Of a DNA stretch of 64,000 bases, positions 18,605-29,012 are shown piece after piece. Below the pieces are notes generated by a model. It ran no database searches, was not told the DNA's origin, and saw nothing but the letters and a program-made list of their open reading frames with translations. This DNA comes from an uncultured Gemmatimonadales bacterium (GTDB taxonomy: Bacteria > Gemmatimonadota > Gemmatimonadetes > Gemmatimonadales > Gemmatimonadaceae). The stretch lies in the NCBI GenBank assembly GCA_963793305.1, contig CAWBZV010000010.1, positions 155,000 through 218,999 of the forward strand, given 5' to 3'. Position numbers and translations under genes: made by a program. Within the stretch, counting starts at the first letter, position 1; every line of letters begins with the position of its first letter.

Positions 18605-19526
18605 CGGGTTCAGGCACGGGTTGCAACCACCCATGCTCGTCGGCTATCGCGCCTCGCGCTATGCCGAGATACCGCTCTTGTATCGCTCGCGTGACCGGTC
18701 CCCGGCGACCGATGCCGATCGGGATTCGGTCCACGGACTTGACCGGCGTAATCTCCGCCGCCGTCCCACTAAAAAATAACTCGTCGGCGACGTACAGCAT
18801 TTCGCGCGGGATATCCCCCTCGCGCGTCTCATACCCCAAGTCGGACGCGATCTCGAGGACCGACGCCCGCGTAATGCCCGGCAGAATCGCCGACGCGAGG
18901 GACGGCGTGTAGAGCACGTCATCACGCACGACGAACACATTCTCGCCGCTCCCTTCGGACACGCGGCCGAACGCGTCGAGCATGATGCCCTCGGCGTACC
19001 CGTTCCCCCGTGCTTCGAGCAGCGACAGCTGTGAGCTCAGGTAGTTGCCACCAGCCTTTGCCATAGTCGGGAACGTGTTCGGCGCGGCGCGCTGCCAGCT
19101 CGATACGCAGACATCGACGCCCCGCTCCATCCCTTCCTCACCGAGATACCGACCCCACACGGCCGGGATCACGAACGTCTCGATCGCGTCGGCGTCGGGG
19201 AAGATCCCCATGCGCTCTCCCGTCCGGATGACAAGCGGACGGAGATAGCATTCTTTGAGATCGTTCCCAGCCACGGTGTCAATGCACGCCTGCAGGAGAT
19301 CGTCCATCGAATGCTTCATTGGCATCCGATAGATGCGAGCCGAGTCGTATAACCGCCGCAGATGGTCCTTCAGCCGAAAAATGGCGCCGCCAGCCGGTGT
19401 CTCGTAACACCGAATGCCCTCGAAAATGCTCGATCCATAGTGCACCACGTGATTCAGGACGTGGATCGTCGCATCACCCCAAGGGATGAGCTGGCCATCT
19501 CTCCAGATTTTCATGCTTTGCGGCAT
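18588..19526 (-). CDS. ilvE: Branched-chain amino acid aminotransferase
   Basis: HYGSSIFEGIRCY, KAGGNY, EGSGENVF, LPGITR, GTAAEITP. Confidence 0.95.
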   Translation of the reverse strand: MPQSMKIWRDGQLIPWGDATIHVLNHVVHYGSSIFEGIRCYETPAGGAIFRLKDHLRRLYDSARIYRMPMKHSMDDLLQACIDTVAGNDLKECYLRPLVIRTGERMGIFPDADAIETFVIPAVWGRYLGEEGMERGVDVCVSSWQRAAPNTFPTMAKAGGNYLSSQLSLLEARGNGYAEGIMLDAFGRVSEGSGENVFVVRDDVLYTPSLASAILPGITRASVLEIASDLGYETREGDIPREMLYVADELFFSGTAAEITPVKSVDRIPIGIGRRGPVTRAIQERYLGIARGAIADEHGWLQPVPEPAPVAS

Positions 19527-19535
19527 ACTATCATT

Positions 19536-20888
19536 TTAACGCCCTTGCGCCTGATCGCGCCACGCTTCTAACGCTCTCCGCGACGCGCGCACGCGCTCCG
19601 TTACGGCACCGTCAAGAGTTCCGGCGACGAGACGACCGTCGCGCACCAATTCCCGTCCCGCCACGCACACAAATCGGGCCACCGCCCCCGGTAGCGCGAA
19701 CACCAGCGCGGCCTCGGGATCGACCGATGGCGTCGCTCGCATGCCATCCAACGCGAACGCCGCCAGATCCGCGTCTTTCCCCGCCTCCAGCGACCCGATT
19801 CGTCCATCGAGTCCAAGCGCCTGCGCTCCGCCCATGGTCGCCAGACGGAGCGCCTCTCGCATACCGAGTGCATCCGGCCGGCCCACGGCGGCATTCTGCA
19901 TGAGCGCCGCCTGCCGCGCCTCCGCCAGCAGGTCCATCGCGTTGTTGCTGACCACCGAGTCCGACCCGAGCCCGACGACGACGCCGGCATCGAGCATCGC
20001 GCGCACCGGAGCGATCCCGTGACCGAGTTTCGCGTTCGACGCGGGACAATGCGCGACCGGACAGGGACTCTCGGCGATGAACGCGATATCCGTCTCGTCG
20101 ACCTGCACGCAATGGATCAGCAGCGGATGCGCCAGCACGACGCCGAGCTCCACCAGCCAGTGTACGGGCGAGTGCGATCGGCGGACCACATCAATGCCAC
20201 GCGCACGGAGCGCCGCGGCGAACGGTCCGTCGCCCTCGCGCAGAAACGCGATCTCGGCCTTGCTCTCGGCGAGATGGATTGCGACCGGCATGCCATGACG
20301 GATCGCCAGGGCCGCCGCGTCGACCATCAGGTCATCGTGCACCGTGTACGGCGCGTGCGGCGATACACCGAGGCCGACGAGATCGGTCGCCAACGGCCGG
20401 AGCCGATCGATCGCCTCCGCCAGTCCGGCCATCGCGGCATCATGCTGTTCGGGCGCCGGACCGAACACCTCCTGGTACATGATGCCACGCACGCCAAGCT
20501 CGCGCATCGCCAGCATCGAGACGCCTGACGAACACGTGTCGGCGTACGTCGTGATGCCGGCCAGCAGGCCTTCCGCGATGCCCAGCCGCGCGCTGTCGAG
20601 CATGGCCGCCTCGTCGAGCACAGCCGCGCGAGCAGCGGTGAGCTGTCGGATCCATTGGACGAACTCGAGGCCTTCGAGGAAGCCTCGCATCGCCGTCAGT
20701 TCGAGATGGGTATGCGCGTTGACCAATCCCGGCATCAAGATCGCGTCACCGAGATCTAGATCTTGACCTCCGGGCGCTTCGCGCCTCGGCCCCACCCACG
20801 CGATCCTCTGGTCATCGACCACGACCGTGCCATTTTCGATCGGCAGCGCCGTGATTGGTACTACCCATCGGGCGTGATAGCGAATCAC
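19536..20888 (-). CDS. Amidohydrolase (MtaD/SsnA-like deaminase)
   Basis: PGLVNAHTH, PHAPYT, HLAES, HCP.SN.KL, GLGSD, GSLEAGKDADL. Confidence 0.88.
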   Translation of the reverse strand: MIRYHARWVVPITALPIENGTVVVDDQRIAWVGPRREAPGGQDLDLGDAILMPGLVNAHTHLELTAMRGFLEGLEFVQWIRQLTAARAAVLDEAAMLDSARLGIAEGLLAGITTYADTCSSGVSMLAMRELGVRGIMYQEVFGPAPEQHDAAMAGLAEAIDRLRPLATDLVGLGVSPHAPYTVHDDLMVDAAALAIRHGMPVAIHLAESKAEIAFLREGDGPFAAALRARGIDVVRRSHSPVHWLVELGVVLAHPLLIHCVQVDETDIAFIAESPCPVAHCPASNAKLGHGIAPVRAMLDAGVVVGLGSDSVVSNNAMDLLAEARQAALMQNAAVGRPDALGMREALRLATMGGAQALGLDGRIGSLEAGKDADLAAFALDGMRATPSVDPEAALVFALPGAVARFVCVAGRELVRDGRLVAGTLDGAVTERVRASRRALEAWRDQAQGR

Positions 20889-21631
20889 CGGCGGCCGTGG
20901 ACAGCGGGGTCGTACAGCGACTCGTCTGGAACACTGATCGATCGTGTCAGCGCCAATGAGAACGCGATGTCGCCGAGTTGCTCTGGCGCGTGCCCGTCGG
21001 AACCCAGCGACAGTCGAGCACCCTCGGCGACGGCCCGGCGTACGAATCGCTCATGTGGCCTATAGCGATTGGAGACCTCGAACGCGATCCCTGCCTTTGC
21101 CAGCGCCCGAGTCGCACGAGTCTCTCGTTCTTCGGTCCACAGGTCTTCGAGTGGTAGCGAACGATAGGGCAAAGGCAGCAGCGTGGGGTGAGCCAAAATA
21201 TCGACGGGCATCTCCCGTGCGAATCGCTCCAGGACCGTCACGTGCTGATCCATGTACGCGTCAGGCGTGAGTCCATCGGGCAGATTCCGCTGCCACATAT
21301 GGACGAACGTCCCGTCATCGAGCGTGATGGCGTGCAACGAGCCGATGCGATGCGTGAACTGGCTCGTGATGTCGTCCGGCAACTCCCGCCAGAGCGAGTC
21401 ATGCCAATCGAACTCGGCGCTGCGGCCAAGACCGTCGATGTCGGAGAGCGTGGTCAGATACAGTCGAAGCAGCTCCGGCGTGTCCAGCGTCCGCGCCGCG
21501 TGGGACGCGTGATCCGAGACACTCGGCCGCACGCCGCGCGTTCTGACGCGCTCGGCCAGCGCAGCCGGGATGAGATCACCATCGGAGAACGTCGTATGCG
21601 CGTGACAGTCGAACGGCTGCCAGGGTGTCAC
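20885..21631 (-). CDS. PHP domain protein (HisJ/YcdX-like phosphoesterase)
   Basis: DCHAHT.FSDG, SDH, GSLH, ILAHP, GSDGH; GTGA overlap with PBP1A. Confidence 0.85.
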   Translation of the reverse strand: MTPWQPFDCHAHTTFSDGDLIPAALAERVRTRGVRPSVSDHASHAARTLDTPELLRLYLTTLSDIDGLGRSAEFDWHDSLWRELPDDITSQFTHRIGSLHAITLDDGTFVHMWQRNLPDGLTPDAYMDQHVTVLERFAREMPVDILAHPTLLPLPYRSLPLEDLWTEERETRATRALAKAGIAFEVSNRYRPHERFVRRAVAEGARLSLGSDGHAPEQLGDIAFSLALTRSISVPDESLYDPAVHGRR

Positions 21632-23838
21632 GGCTTGGGCGGCATCGTCTTCTGAGGCACCGGCACCGCGTCCGCCGGCGACCGGCTCGGCGTAGCCAAT
21701 GGCGCGGGCGCGACGACGGGCACGCGCTGCAACGTATCGCCGACCGACGTATTCGCGGCCGAGTGGACGTTGCACTCCTGTATCGGCTCCGTGCCCGGCA
21801 AGTACCACTCGGTGGTGACGACCGGGAGCGGGCAATACTGATTCTTGAGCATGCCCGTCGTGCGATCGATGTCCTTCGAGACGAGACCATCCGGGCGCGG
21901 CCAGTCAGGCGGCGCGGGCTTGCGGCGGTAGACCTCGCTCATGAACGCGGTCCACGCCGGCGCGGCGAGAATTCCGCCCTGCGCGTTCGCCTTGATCTTC
22001 GTCGGGCGATCCATCCCGATCCAGACGCCGGCGAGCAGGTCGGCGGTATAGCCGACGAACCAGACATCGTTGCCGTCGTTCGTCGTGCCGGTTTTGCCAC
22101 CGGCCGGCAGGTGAAATCCAGCGGCGGTCACGGCGCTGAAGGCGGTCCCATGCAGGACGACGTCCTTCATCATGTCGACCATGAGCCAGGCTTCGGTCGG
22201 TTGCATCACCGGGACGGTGACGACCGACGGCTCCCACAGCACCTGACCTCGCGCGTTCTCGACTCGGGTGATCGCCATGGGTGCGACGCGCTGGCCCAGG
22301 TTCGCGAACGCGGAGTACGACGACACGAGCTCGATCGGGTAGACGCTTTCGGAGCCGATGTAAATGGACGGGTACGGATGGATCGGTGTCGTGAGCCCAA
22401 ACTTTCTGGCTTCGTCAATCACACTCTCCGGACCCAACTCCATGCCCAGTCGTATCGCGACCATGTTGCGCGACGAATAGAGTCCGCGCCGCATGGTCAT
22501 CAAGCCCAAGAACTTTCCGTCGTCGTCCTTCGGTGTCCACTCCGAGCCGTCGTATTGTGGGATCGACAACGGGGAGTCGTCGACCATGTACGATGGCGGC
22601 CGCCCATTCTGGATAGCGTCCGCGTAGACGATCGGCTTGAATGACGATCCTGGTTGCCGCAACGCCTGAGTACAACGGTTGAATTTCGAGTCGTCGAAAT
22701 CACGCCCGCCCACCAGCGCACGGACAGCGCCGGTGCGTGGCTCTAAAGCGATAAAACAACCCTGGAGATACGGCGAGTTCGCGATATCCTGCTGCTCGCC
22801 CGAGGCATTGCGGGCGATGTATTGCTCGTAGGTAATGTGCGGAAACTTGCCGTACCGGCCGCCTTCGATCGCGCGGAGTTGTTGCTCCAGGGCGCGGTCG
22901 GCGGCGGATTGCATGTCAGGGTCGAGCGTCGTGTAGACCTTGAGCCCCTGTTCGTACAACGAGCGCCCGAACTGGGCGTCGAGTTGCTCCCGAACCCACT
23001 CGACGTAGTACGGTGCGACGTCGCCTGATTCGCGTCGGCGAGCGAGTTGGAGCGGGTAGGCTCGGGCTTCGCTGGCGGCGGCGTCAGTGATGTCGCCACT
23101 CCGCCGCATGAGCTCGATGACCGTGTTGCGCCTTGTGACGGCACGGTCAGGAAATCGTTTCGGGTTATAGCGCTCGGGCCCCTTGGGAAGCGCGGCCAGG
23201 GTTGCCGCCTCGGCCAGATTGAGCTCGCGGGCCGACTTTCCGAAGTAGCGCTGGGCGGCCGCTTCGACCCCGTACGCGCCATTGCCGAGGTAGATCTGGT
23301 TCAGGTACAGCTCTAGGATCGTGTCTTTCGGATATCGCGCCTCAATAGCCCGCGCGACTTTTGCCTCTTTCAACTTGCGAACGAGCGTTTTTTCGCGGGT
23401 GAGCGTCTCGGGAAAGATGTTCCTGGCCAGCTGCATCGTGATCGTCGAGAACCCCTGGGCGTATCCTCGCGCCAGGATATTGCGCCCGATGGCCCCGAAC
23501 ACGCGGCGCCAGTCGATCCCGGCATGCTCGTAGAACCGCTTGTCCTCGGTGATCACGAACGCGTCACGTACCGGCTTTGGAATCTCGTTCAGGCGCAGGA
23601 GCGTCCGGCGCTCGAGGCCCAGCTCGGCCAGGAAACTGCCGTCGGCAGCGAAGAGCTTCGATGTCTGCCGCGGCTGAAATCCTTTCAGTACCTCGACCGA
23701 GGGACACCGGTCATCTCGGCAGACGAGCTCCCAGGCGGCGTAGGCAAAGCCGCCAGCGAAGCAGACTCCGAACGTGAGCGATACCAGACAGGCGCGGATG
23801 AGGCGCGGGTGGCGACGCCAGAATGCGACAATGCTCAT
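21628..23838 (-). CDS. Penicillin-binding protein 1A family (transglycosylase/transpeptidase)
   Basis: EDKRFYEHAGID, STITMQL, RKLKE, RQPGSSFKP, SRN, KTGT. Confidence 0.95.
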   Translation of the reverse strand: MSIVAFWRRHPRLIRACLVSLTFGVCFAGGFAYAAWELVCRDDRCPSVEVLKGFQPRQTSKLFAADGSFLAELGLERRTLLRLNEIPKPVRDAFVITEDKRFYEHAGIDWRRVFGAIGRNILARGYAQGFSTITMQLARNIFPETLTREKTLVRKLKEAKVARAIEARYPKDTILELYLNQIYLGNGAYGVEAAAQRYFGKSARELNLAEAATLAALPKGPERYNPKRFPDRAVTRRNTVIELMRRSGDITDAAASEARAYPLQLARRRESGDVAPYYVEWVREQLDAQFGRSLYEQGLKVYTTLDPDMQSAADRALEQQLRAIEGGRYGKFPHITYEQYIARNASGEQQDIANSPYLQGCFIALEPRTGAVRALVGGRDFDDSKFNRCTQALRQPGSSFKPIVYADAIQNGRPPSYMVDDSPLSIPQYDGSEWTPKDDDGKFLGLMTMRRGLYSSRNMVAIRLGMELGPESVIDEARKFGLTTPIHPYPSIYIGSESVYPIELVSSYSAFANLGQRVAPMAITRVENARGQVLWEPSVVTVPVMQPTEAWLMVDMMKDVVLHGTAFSAVTAAGFHLPAGGKTGTTNDGNDVWFVGYTADLLAGVWIGMDRPTKIKANAQGGILAAPAWTAFMSEVYRRKPAPPDWPRPDGLVSKDIDRTTGMLKNQYCPLPVVTTEWYLPGTEPIQECNVHSAANTSVGDTLQRVPVVAPAPLATPSRSPADAVPVPQKTMPPKP

Positions 23839-23868
23839 ATATCCACTGTAAAGAAACTAATCCCCTAC

Positions 23869-23919
23869 GCCGCTCCGCGGCGCGTCGACGCAGCGCAAGC
23901 GCTGCTCGACTGGTCGGTT
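23869..23919. repeat. Structured dispersed repeat, copy 1 (REP-like)
   Basis: GCCGCTCCGCGG..GTC...GCAGCGC-loop-GCGCTGCTCGACTGGTCGGTT; near-identical to 46557-46609. Confidence 0.8.
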
Positions 23920-23988
23920 AACCAGGTGCTCGGCTGCGCCTCGCACCCTTCCCGATATATTGACAGCCACCCGATCGTCTAGTCACGC

Positions 23989-24882
23989 ATGGACCCAGAC
24001 TTACTTCGTATACCGGTAGGACCAGGCGCGGTACATGTCGAGCGCTATGGCCATGGGGCGACCCCCGTGGTCTGCTTGCACGGGTTCGGGACATCGAGTT
24101 TCCTGTGGCGCACGGTGGCCCCCGAGATCGCGGAGCAGCGCCATACGGTCGTCGCGATCGACCTACTCGGGCACGGCGAGTCGGATCGCCCGCTCGACAC
24201 CGAGTTTGGCATCATGGCGCAGGCCGAGTATCTCGATCGCGCCTTGACCGCGCTTCGTATCCCACGCGCCGCGGTGGTCGGCGTGGACTTGGGTGGCGCC
24301 GTCGCGCTCCGGCTCGCGTCGACTCGGCGCGATCGGGTCTCGCACTTGTGTCTCGTCAATAGCTTGGGACCGGACGGGATTCCGAGCGGCGACATGCGCG
24401 CGCTCCAACGCAATACCGCGCGCTATGTCCTTCGCGTCGCGCGCGGTATCCTCGGTGTCGCGCCATTGCTCACGCCGTTGCTGCAGGGCAGCGTCGCCAA
24501 TCCGGCACACATGCCGCCGCGGCTGGTGGCGCGGTATCTCGCGCCGTTCGTCGGTCAGGAAGGCGTGAATCACCTGCTGGCGCTCGCGCGGGCGGTGCAC
24601 GAGGCCGACATGGACGCGATCGATTTGGGCGCCATCCGCGCGCAGACGCTCGTCGTGCGCGGAGAAGAAGACCGGTGGCTCGACCCGGAAGTCGCGACAC
24701 GACTCGCGGCGCGGATCGCCGAGAGCTACTTCGTTCGCATACCAGGCGTTGCGCGATTGGTACCGGAGGAGGCGCCGGACCAATTGGCCGGTATCATTTT
24801 GGATTTTCTCGCCGGACGATTTGACCCAAGCGCGCGCACGCGGCGCCGGTCAGCCGAGACACAACACTCTACGGGGAACTAG
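23989..24882 (+). CDS. Alpha/beta fold hydrolase
   Basis: LHGFG, DLLGHG.SD; nucleophile elbow GVDLGG; GEED. Confidence 0.85.
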   Translation: MDPDLLRIPVGPGAVHVERYGHGATPVVCLHGFGTSSFLWRTVAPEIAEQRHTVVAIDLLGHGESDRPLDTEFGIMAQAEYLDRALTALRIPRAAVVGVDLGGAVALRLASTRRDRVSHLCLVNSLGPDGIPSGDMRALQRNTARYVLRVARGILGVAPLLTPLLQGSVANPAHMPPRLVARYLAPFVGQEGVNHLLALARAVHEADMDAIDLGAIRAQTLVVRGEEDRWLDPEVATRLAARIAESYFVRIPGVARLVPEEAPDQLAGIILDFLAGRFDPSARTRRRSAETQHSTGN

Positions 24883-24927
24883 ACGTAGTAGAAGTGTACA
24901 TACCCGTCACCTTATACTTCTTAGCAC

Positions 24928-25212
24928 ATGGCGAAGCAGAAGGCGAAACGGCAGAGGGACGTCGCGGCCCCGAGTCCGTTCGAGGAAGCCCGCGACGAAC
25001 TGTTCCAACAGATAATGCAGTGCGGCGTGATCGGCGCGGCCCCTGCGCACCAGGAAGAGTGGTTCCGCGAGACGTTCGCGTACCTCGCGGATCGTTATCA
25101 CGAGCTCTCTCCCACGCAGATCACCGAGCTCCGGACCCTCGGCGAGCGGTTCGTGCAGCCACCGAAGTCCGGGCCTGCGCGTACGCCGTCCGAAAGCGCT
25201 TCGGCAGCTTAG
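24928..25212 (+). CDS. Hypothetical protein
   Basis: 94-aa ORF with coherent helical sequence (SPFEEARDELFQQIMQCGV). Confidence 0.7.
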   Translation: MAKQKAKRQRDVAAPSPFEEARDELFQQIMQCGVIGAAPAHQEEWFRETFAYLADRYHELSPTQITELRTLGERFVQPPKSGPARTPSESASAA

Positions 25213-25688
25213 CGCCAGCCGGTCGTCTGCGAACGCCGTAGGGCCAGACCGACACGGAACCCGTGGCCTACCCCCGCTTCGAGCGCGGGTGTGACTCGCC
25301 CCCAGCGGGGGCCCTCGACGCCGAGTAAGACCAATATGTAGGGATGGTCGGCGACCCCTAAGCCACCGGCGACATACGGCCCCCAGCGGTGCTCATAGAA
25401 GGGGTCCAACAAGAATCGGCCAACAAGTTCAGCGCGCCCGGTGAGGCGAACCGGATTTGTGATGGGTCCGACCCCGCCAACGAGGCCCGCACGGACATAC
25501 GTGCCGACCGGCACGAAAATTCCAGCTCCGAGATCGGTTGCGGTTCGACTCGCGATCAGCGCGTCGAGACGACCTTCGATTCTCGCCTTCGGCGTCGAAT
25601 CCCGGAACACCTGTGCCTCAACGATGCGTGCACTGGCCAGGAGTGAGACGATAACGAGAAGGGCTAGGCCGGCTCGCGTGCGTGCCAC
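25209..25688 (-). CDS. Exported hypothetical beta-barrel-like protein
   Basis: GTG start, signal peptide ending VEA-Q, PYVAGG strand. Confidence 0.6.
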   Translation of the reverse strand: MARTRAGLALLVIVSLLASARIVEAQVFRDSTPKARIEGRLDALIASRTATDLGAGIFVPVGTYVRAGLVGGVGPITNPVRLTGRAELVGRFLLDPFYEHRWGPYVAGGLGVADHPYILVLLGVEGPRWGRVTPALEAGVGHGFRVGLALRRSQTTGWR

Positions 25689-26191
25689 AATGCCAACGTG
25701 TAGTCCGAGATCGCGATGAGAGACGCGACACCGACGGCTCCGATGACCCACGGCGCCCCACGCGGGGCAACGAGCACGGTGATGAGTGCCAGGAGTTGCA
25801 GCGTCGTGACGAGCTTCCCTGCCCATCGCGCGCGAAACGGGACGGCCCTCAGCCAACTCACGCTTTTGGCGACGAGGAAGCCGATGGCCGTCATGATATC
25901 GCGCGCCAGCAGCACGAAGTACTGCGGCCGCGTAATACGCCCCGTCGCGAGAAACACCGCGACGGCCGTCAGCATGAATGTGCGATCGGCGATCGGATCG
26001 AGGATCGCGCCGATCCGCGTGACTTCGTGTCGGCGCCGCGCGATCCACCCGTCAAGGACATCGGACAAGGATGCCGCGCCGATGAGCGCAACCCGGGCGT
26101 CCGGCATCGGCGTGGCGAGAAACGCGACGGCCATGGCGAACCGGGACATCGACACGAGGTTCGGCAGAGTGAAGACCGGCTCGCGCCGCAT
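25664..26191 (-). CDS. CDP-alcohol phosphatidyltransferase (PgsA-like)
   Basis: TLPNLVS.SR, DVLDGWIAR.....T..GA.LDPIAD signature. Confidence 0.9.
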   Translation of the reverse strand: MRREPVFTLPNLVSMSRFAMAVAFLATPMPDARVALIGAASLSDVLDGWIARRRHEVTRIGAILDPIADRTFMLTAVAVFLATGRITRPQYFVLLARDIMTAIGFLVAKSVSWLRAVPFRARWAGKLVTTLQLLALITVLVAPRGAPWVIGAVGVASLIAISDYTLALWHAREPA

Positions 26192-26258
26192 GATGGCGCA
26201 AGCTATTGCACTCACTCCCTTGTTGCCATGGCGCGAGATCTGGCCTAGCTTGACCCCC

Positions 26259-26732
26259 GTGCCAACTCCCCCGACGGCGATCGAGCTGCTCCGTCCGCAA
26301 GCGATCTTCGCGGGACTCGACCAAGAAGAGCTCTCACTCGTCGGCGAGATCTGTCGCGAGCAACGGTTCCTTTCTGGCGAGCACATCTTCCGCGAGGGCG
26401 AGATCGGCGATCGGCTCTACTTGATCGTCGACGGCGAGGTCCGTATCACGCGCCAGATCCCCGGGAGCGGCGAAGAGGCGCTCGCCGTACTCAAACCCGG
26501 CTCGTTGTTCGGCGAGATGGCCGTGTTGGACCACGGTCCCCGATCGACCGATGCGATCGCCAATCGCGAGACCACCTGCCTGACGATCTTACGGTCGGAT
26601 TTCGAGCTGCTGCTGCAGCGCAATCGGGACATGGCCGTGGCCGTCCTGTGGGCCGTCGTACGCCTCGTGTCCAAGCGGCTCCGCGCGACGAACGACTCGC
26701 TGCAGTCGTTCCTCGCGATGTCGATGTTCTAA
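26259..26732 (+). CDS. Stand-alone cyclic nucleotide-binding domain protein
   Basis: IFREGE.GD.LYLI..G.V, FGEMA.LD..PRST phosphate-binding cassette; no HTH. Confidence 0.9.
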   Translation: MPTPPTAIELLRPQAIFAGLDQEELSLVGEICREQRFLSGEHIFREGEIGDRLYLIVDGEVRITRQIPGSGEEALAVLKPGSLFGEMAVLDHGPRSTDAIANRETTCLTILRSDFELLLQRNRDMAVAVLWAVVRLVSKRLRATNDSLQSFLAMSMF

Positions 26733-26734
26733 CG

Positions 26735-27403
26735 ATGAGCTCCACACCGCGCGCGACCGTTCGTCATGCGATCATCCCCTGTATCGGCGCGGTGGAGCTG
26801 CTGCCGATCGGCGGCGTTCCGATGATCGAGTGGGTCGTTCGCGAATGCGCCGCCAGCGGCACGAGTGACTTAAGCGTCGTCACGGGAAGGGACCTCGACG
26901 CGATTCGCTCCTTGATCGCGCCGCGCACGGGCTCGCCCGGATTTCCGTTGCGCATCGAGTTCATGCAGGCCGAGACCTTTGGGGACGTGCTGGCGAGAGG
27001 TCGGGAGTTCGCCGGAGAGGCTCCCCTCGGCGTCGCCATGCCGACCCATTTATTTGTCGGCGATGCGCCCGGGCTCGCCCAGGTCGTCGAGGCCTACTAT
27101 CGAACGGGGAAGAACGTCGCGGGCGTCGTCGGTAACTTTTCGACCGACGAGGTCGAGCTGGCCCACCTGCTCGACCTCGTCGTCGGCCGGTATCTCCTCG
27201 CACCAACGGCATGGGACGTCATTGGCGAGGTCCAAGACGAGACGGCCATGGTGCGCTCACTGGTGGAAGCGCATTGCATGATCGGCCGCCGCATGCGTGG
27301 GCAATTCCTCGACGTGACGTTCCCGGAGGGCCGCGCCGACGCGAGCCGCTTCGGCTTGAGGCCGCCGCGCCCATCGACCCCCACGGGTCGCATCGTGGAA
27401 TGA
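26735..27403 (+). CDS. Degenerate GalU-like nucleotidyltransferase-fold protein
   Basis: HAIIP..ELLPIGGVPMIEWVV.E..ASG, VGRYLL.P, G.FLDV match GalU, but the GxGTR loop is absent. Confidence 0.65.
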   Translation: MSSTPRATVRHAIIPCIGAVELLPIGGVPMIEWVVRECAASGTSDLSVVTGRDLDAIRSLIAPRTGSPGFPLRIEFMQAETFGDVLARGREFAGEAPLGVAMPTHLFVGDAPGLAQVVEAYYRTGKNVAGVVGNFSTDEVELAHLLDLVVGRYLLAPTAWDVIGEVQDETAMVRSLVEAHCMIGRRMRGQFLDVTFPEGRADASRFGLRPPRPSTPTGRIVE

Positions 27404-27436
27404 GCGAGCAGCGCGCGAGGGGATAGCGGGGACAGC

Positions 27437-28999
27437 GTGCCGACCTACATCCCGTCCATTTCGCTCTCGCACGAGTTGCTCGTGCGACTGTACGCCGGCT
27501 TGGCCCTCGGCATCGCGCTGTGGGACATCTTCATCGGCGGCCAGATCGCGCAGTTCCGCCGCTCGCCGCGTGCGCTCGCGGCGCTCTCCGCGGTCTCGGC
27601 CCTCGTCCTCGCGCCGGCGCTGCTCATCGGCGCCGCGGCGGCGTCGACCGCGACCGGGCATACGTTCGAAGGGCTGGCGTGGTTCTGGCCCGCCACGATG
27701 CTGTTGATCACGGCGCAGGCGTGCTACGCGACCGTCCGACGCATGATCTCGCCGTTTGCCGGCCTCCCCATCGTCGCGTACGATCTGCTGCTCACCGCCG
27801 TCGCCATCGTTCGGTGGGTCACCGCGGCTGGGTTCACGCCACCCGAGCCGGCCCTGGCGCTGGCGACGGCGCACGTCAACGTGCTCGGGTACATCGCCGG
27901 GCCGGCGGCGCTCGGCTGGCCATACGCACTGCAACCGGCGCTGCTCGCGCCGGCGTTTCCGCCGCGGTGGCGGTTGAGTCGCACCATGCGGGCGCTGCTG
28001 GCGACGTTTGCCGCGGCATGGTTCACGGCAACTATCCTGGCGCTGCCGAGTGCGTGGCTCACGATTACCAGCTACGACCCGCTGTCTTTGCAACCTCTCC
28101 AGGAACGACCGGCGGGTGATTTCGTCGTTGGCCTGCGGGTTCTCCCAACACTCGAAGCGGCGCCGTCGGCGAGCACCCTCCGGTTCGACTTGTCGTTGGT
28201 TGACACGGTCGGCGCCGAGGCCGTCAGCGTGCGCATCGATCCGCGCGGCGCGCATCCCGCGGCGCTCGACTCGCTCGCTCGAGCGCTGGATCCGTTGCGA
28301 CGCGATACGACCACGTTGATCCTCACGCTCGAATATCCCTCAGACGCGGCCCAGCAATACGCGAAATCGCCGCAGGCGTATCAGGAGGCGCGGCTCGCCG
28401 AACTGAGTCGCGTCGTCCGCGCGCTGCATCCGGATTACCTCGTCGTGGCGGATGAGCCAATTATCAAAGGCGATAGCGCCCTGGGCTCGCCGCTCTCATT
28501 GGCGACATGGACCCGGTATCTCACGGCCGCGGCGTTCACGGTGCATCGCATCGACCCGAAGGTGCGCGTCGCCGTCGCCGTCTCCCCGTCGGGATCACGC
28601 GACAGCGCGCTGTACGCATGGGCCGCGACCGCGACGGCCCCCATTGATGCGGTGGGATTTGTCATCAGGCCACTGTTCGCGGGAGCCTCTGACCTCGATG
28701 CGCAGACGCGCAGTGCCGATCGATGGATCGCGGCCTCCGGGCCGACGGCGAAAGAGAACTGGGTGTTCGCCACCTACGGCTATCCCGTGAGCCACGGCGA
28801 GATCAACCAGGAGCGCGCGATCTGGTCGACCCTCGCGTGGGCCACGAGCCGCTCGGCCATCAAAGGCGTCATCGTCGCCGACGCGGCCGATTACGGCGCG
28901 GTCACCGGCCTCCGCGCGCCATCGGGGCGATTGCGTCGAGCCGCCAACGCCGTGGCGCGCGCCGCCAAGAGCTTGCGCGAGGCCAGCGCGTCGCCATAA
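27437..28999 (+). CDS. Membrane protein with C-terminal glycoside hydrolase-like TIM barrel
   Basis: About 6 hydrophobic segments, then a soluble domain with PDYLVVADEP and DAVGF, resembling clan GH-A strands. Confidence 0.55.
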   Translation: MPTYIPSISLSHELLVRLYAGLALGIALWDIFIGGQIAQFRRSPRALAALSAVSALVLAPALLIGAAAASTATGHTFEGLAWFWPATMLLITAQACYATVRRMISPFAGLPIVAYDLLLTAVAIVRWVTAAGFTPPEPALALATAHVNVLGYIAGPAALGWPYALQPALLAPAFPPRWRLSRTMRALLATFAAAWFTATILALPSAWLTITSYDPLSLQPLQERPAGDFVVGLRVLPTLEAAPSASTLRFDLSLVDTVGAEAVSVRIDPRGAHPAALDSLARALDPLRRDTTTLILTLEYPSDAAQQYAKSPQAYQEARLAELSRVVRALHPDYLVVADEPIIKGDSALGSPLSLATWTRYLTAAAFTVHRIDPKVRVAVAVSPSGSRDSALYAWAATATAPIDAVGFVIRPLFAGASDLDAQTRSADRWIAASGPTAKENWVFATYGYPVSHGEINQERAIWSTLAWATSRSAIKGVIVADAADYGAVTGLRAPSGRLRRAANAVARAAKSLREASASP

Positions 29000-29012
29000 A
29001 GTTTCCAGCCCA

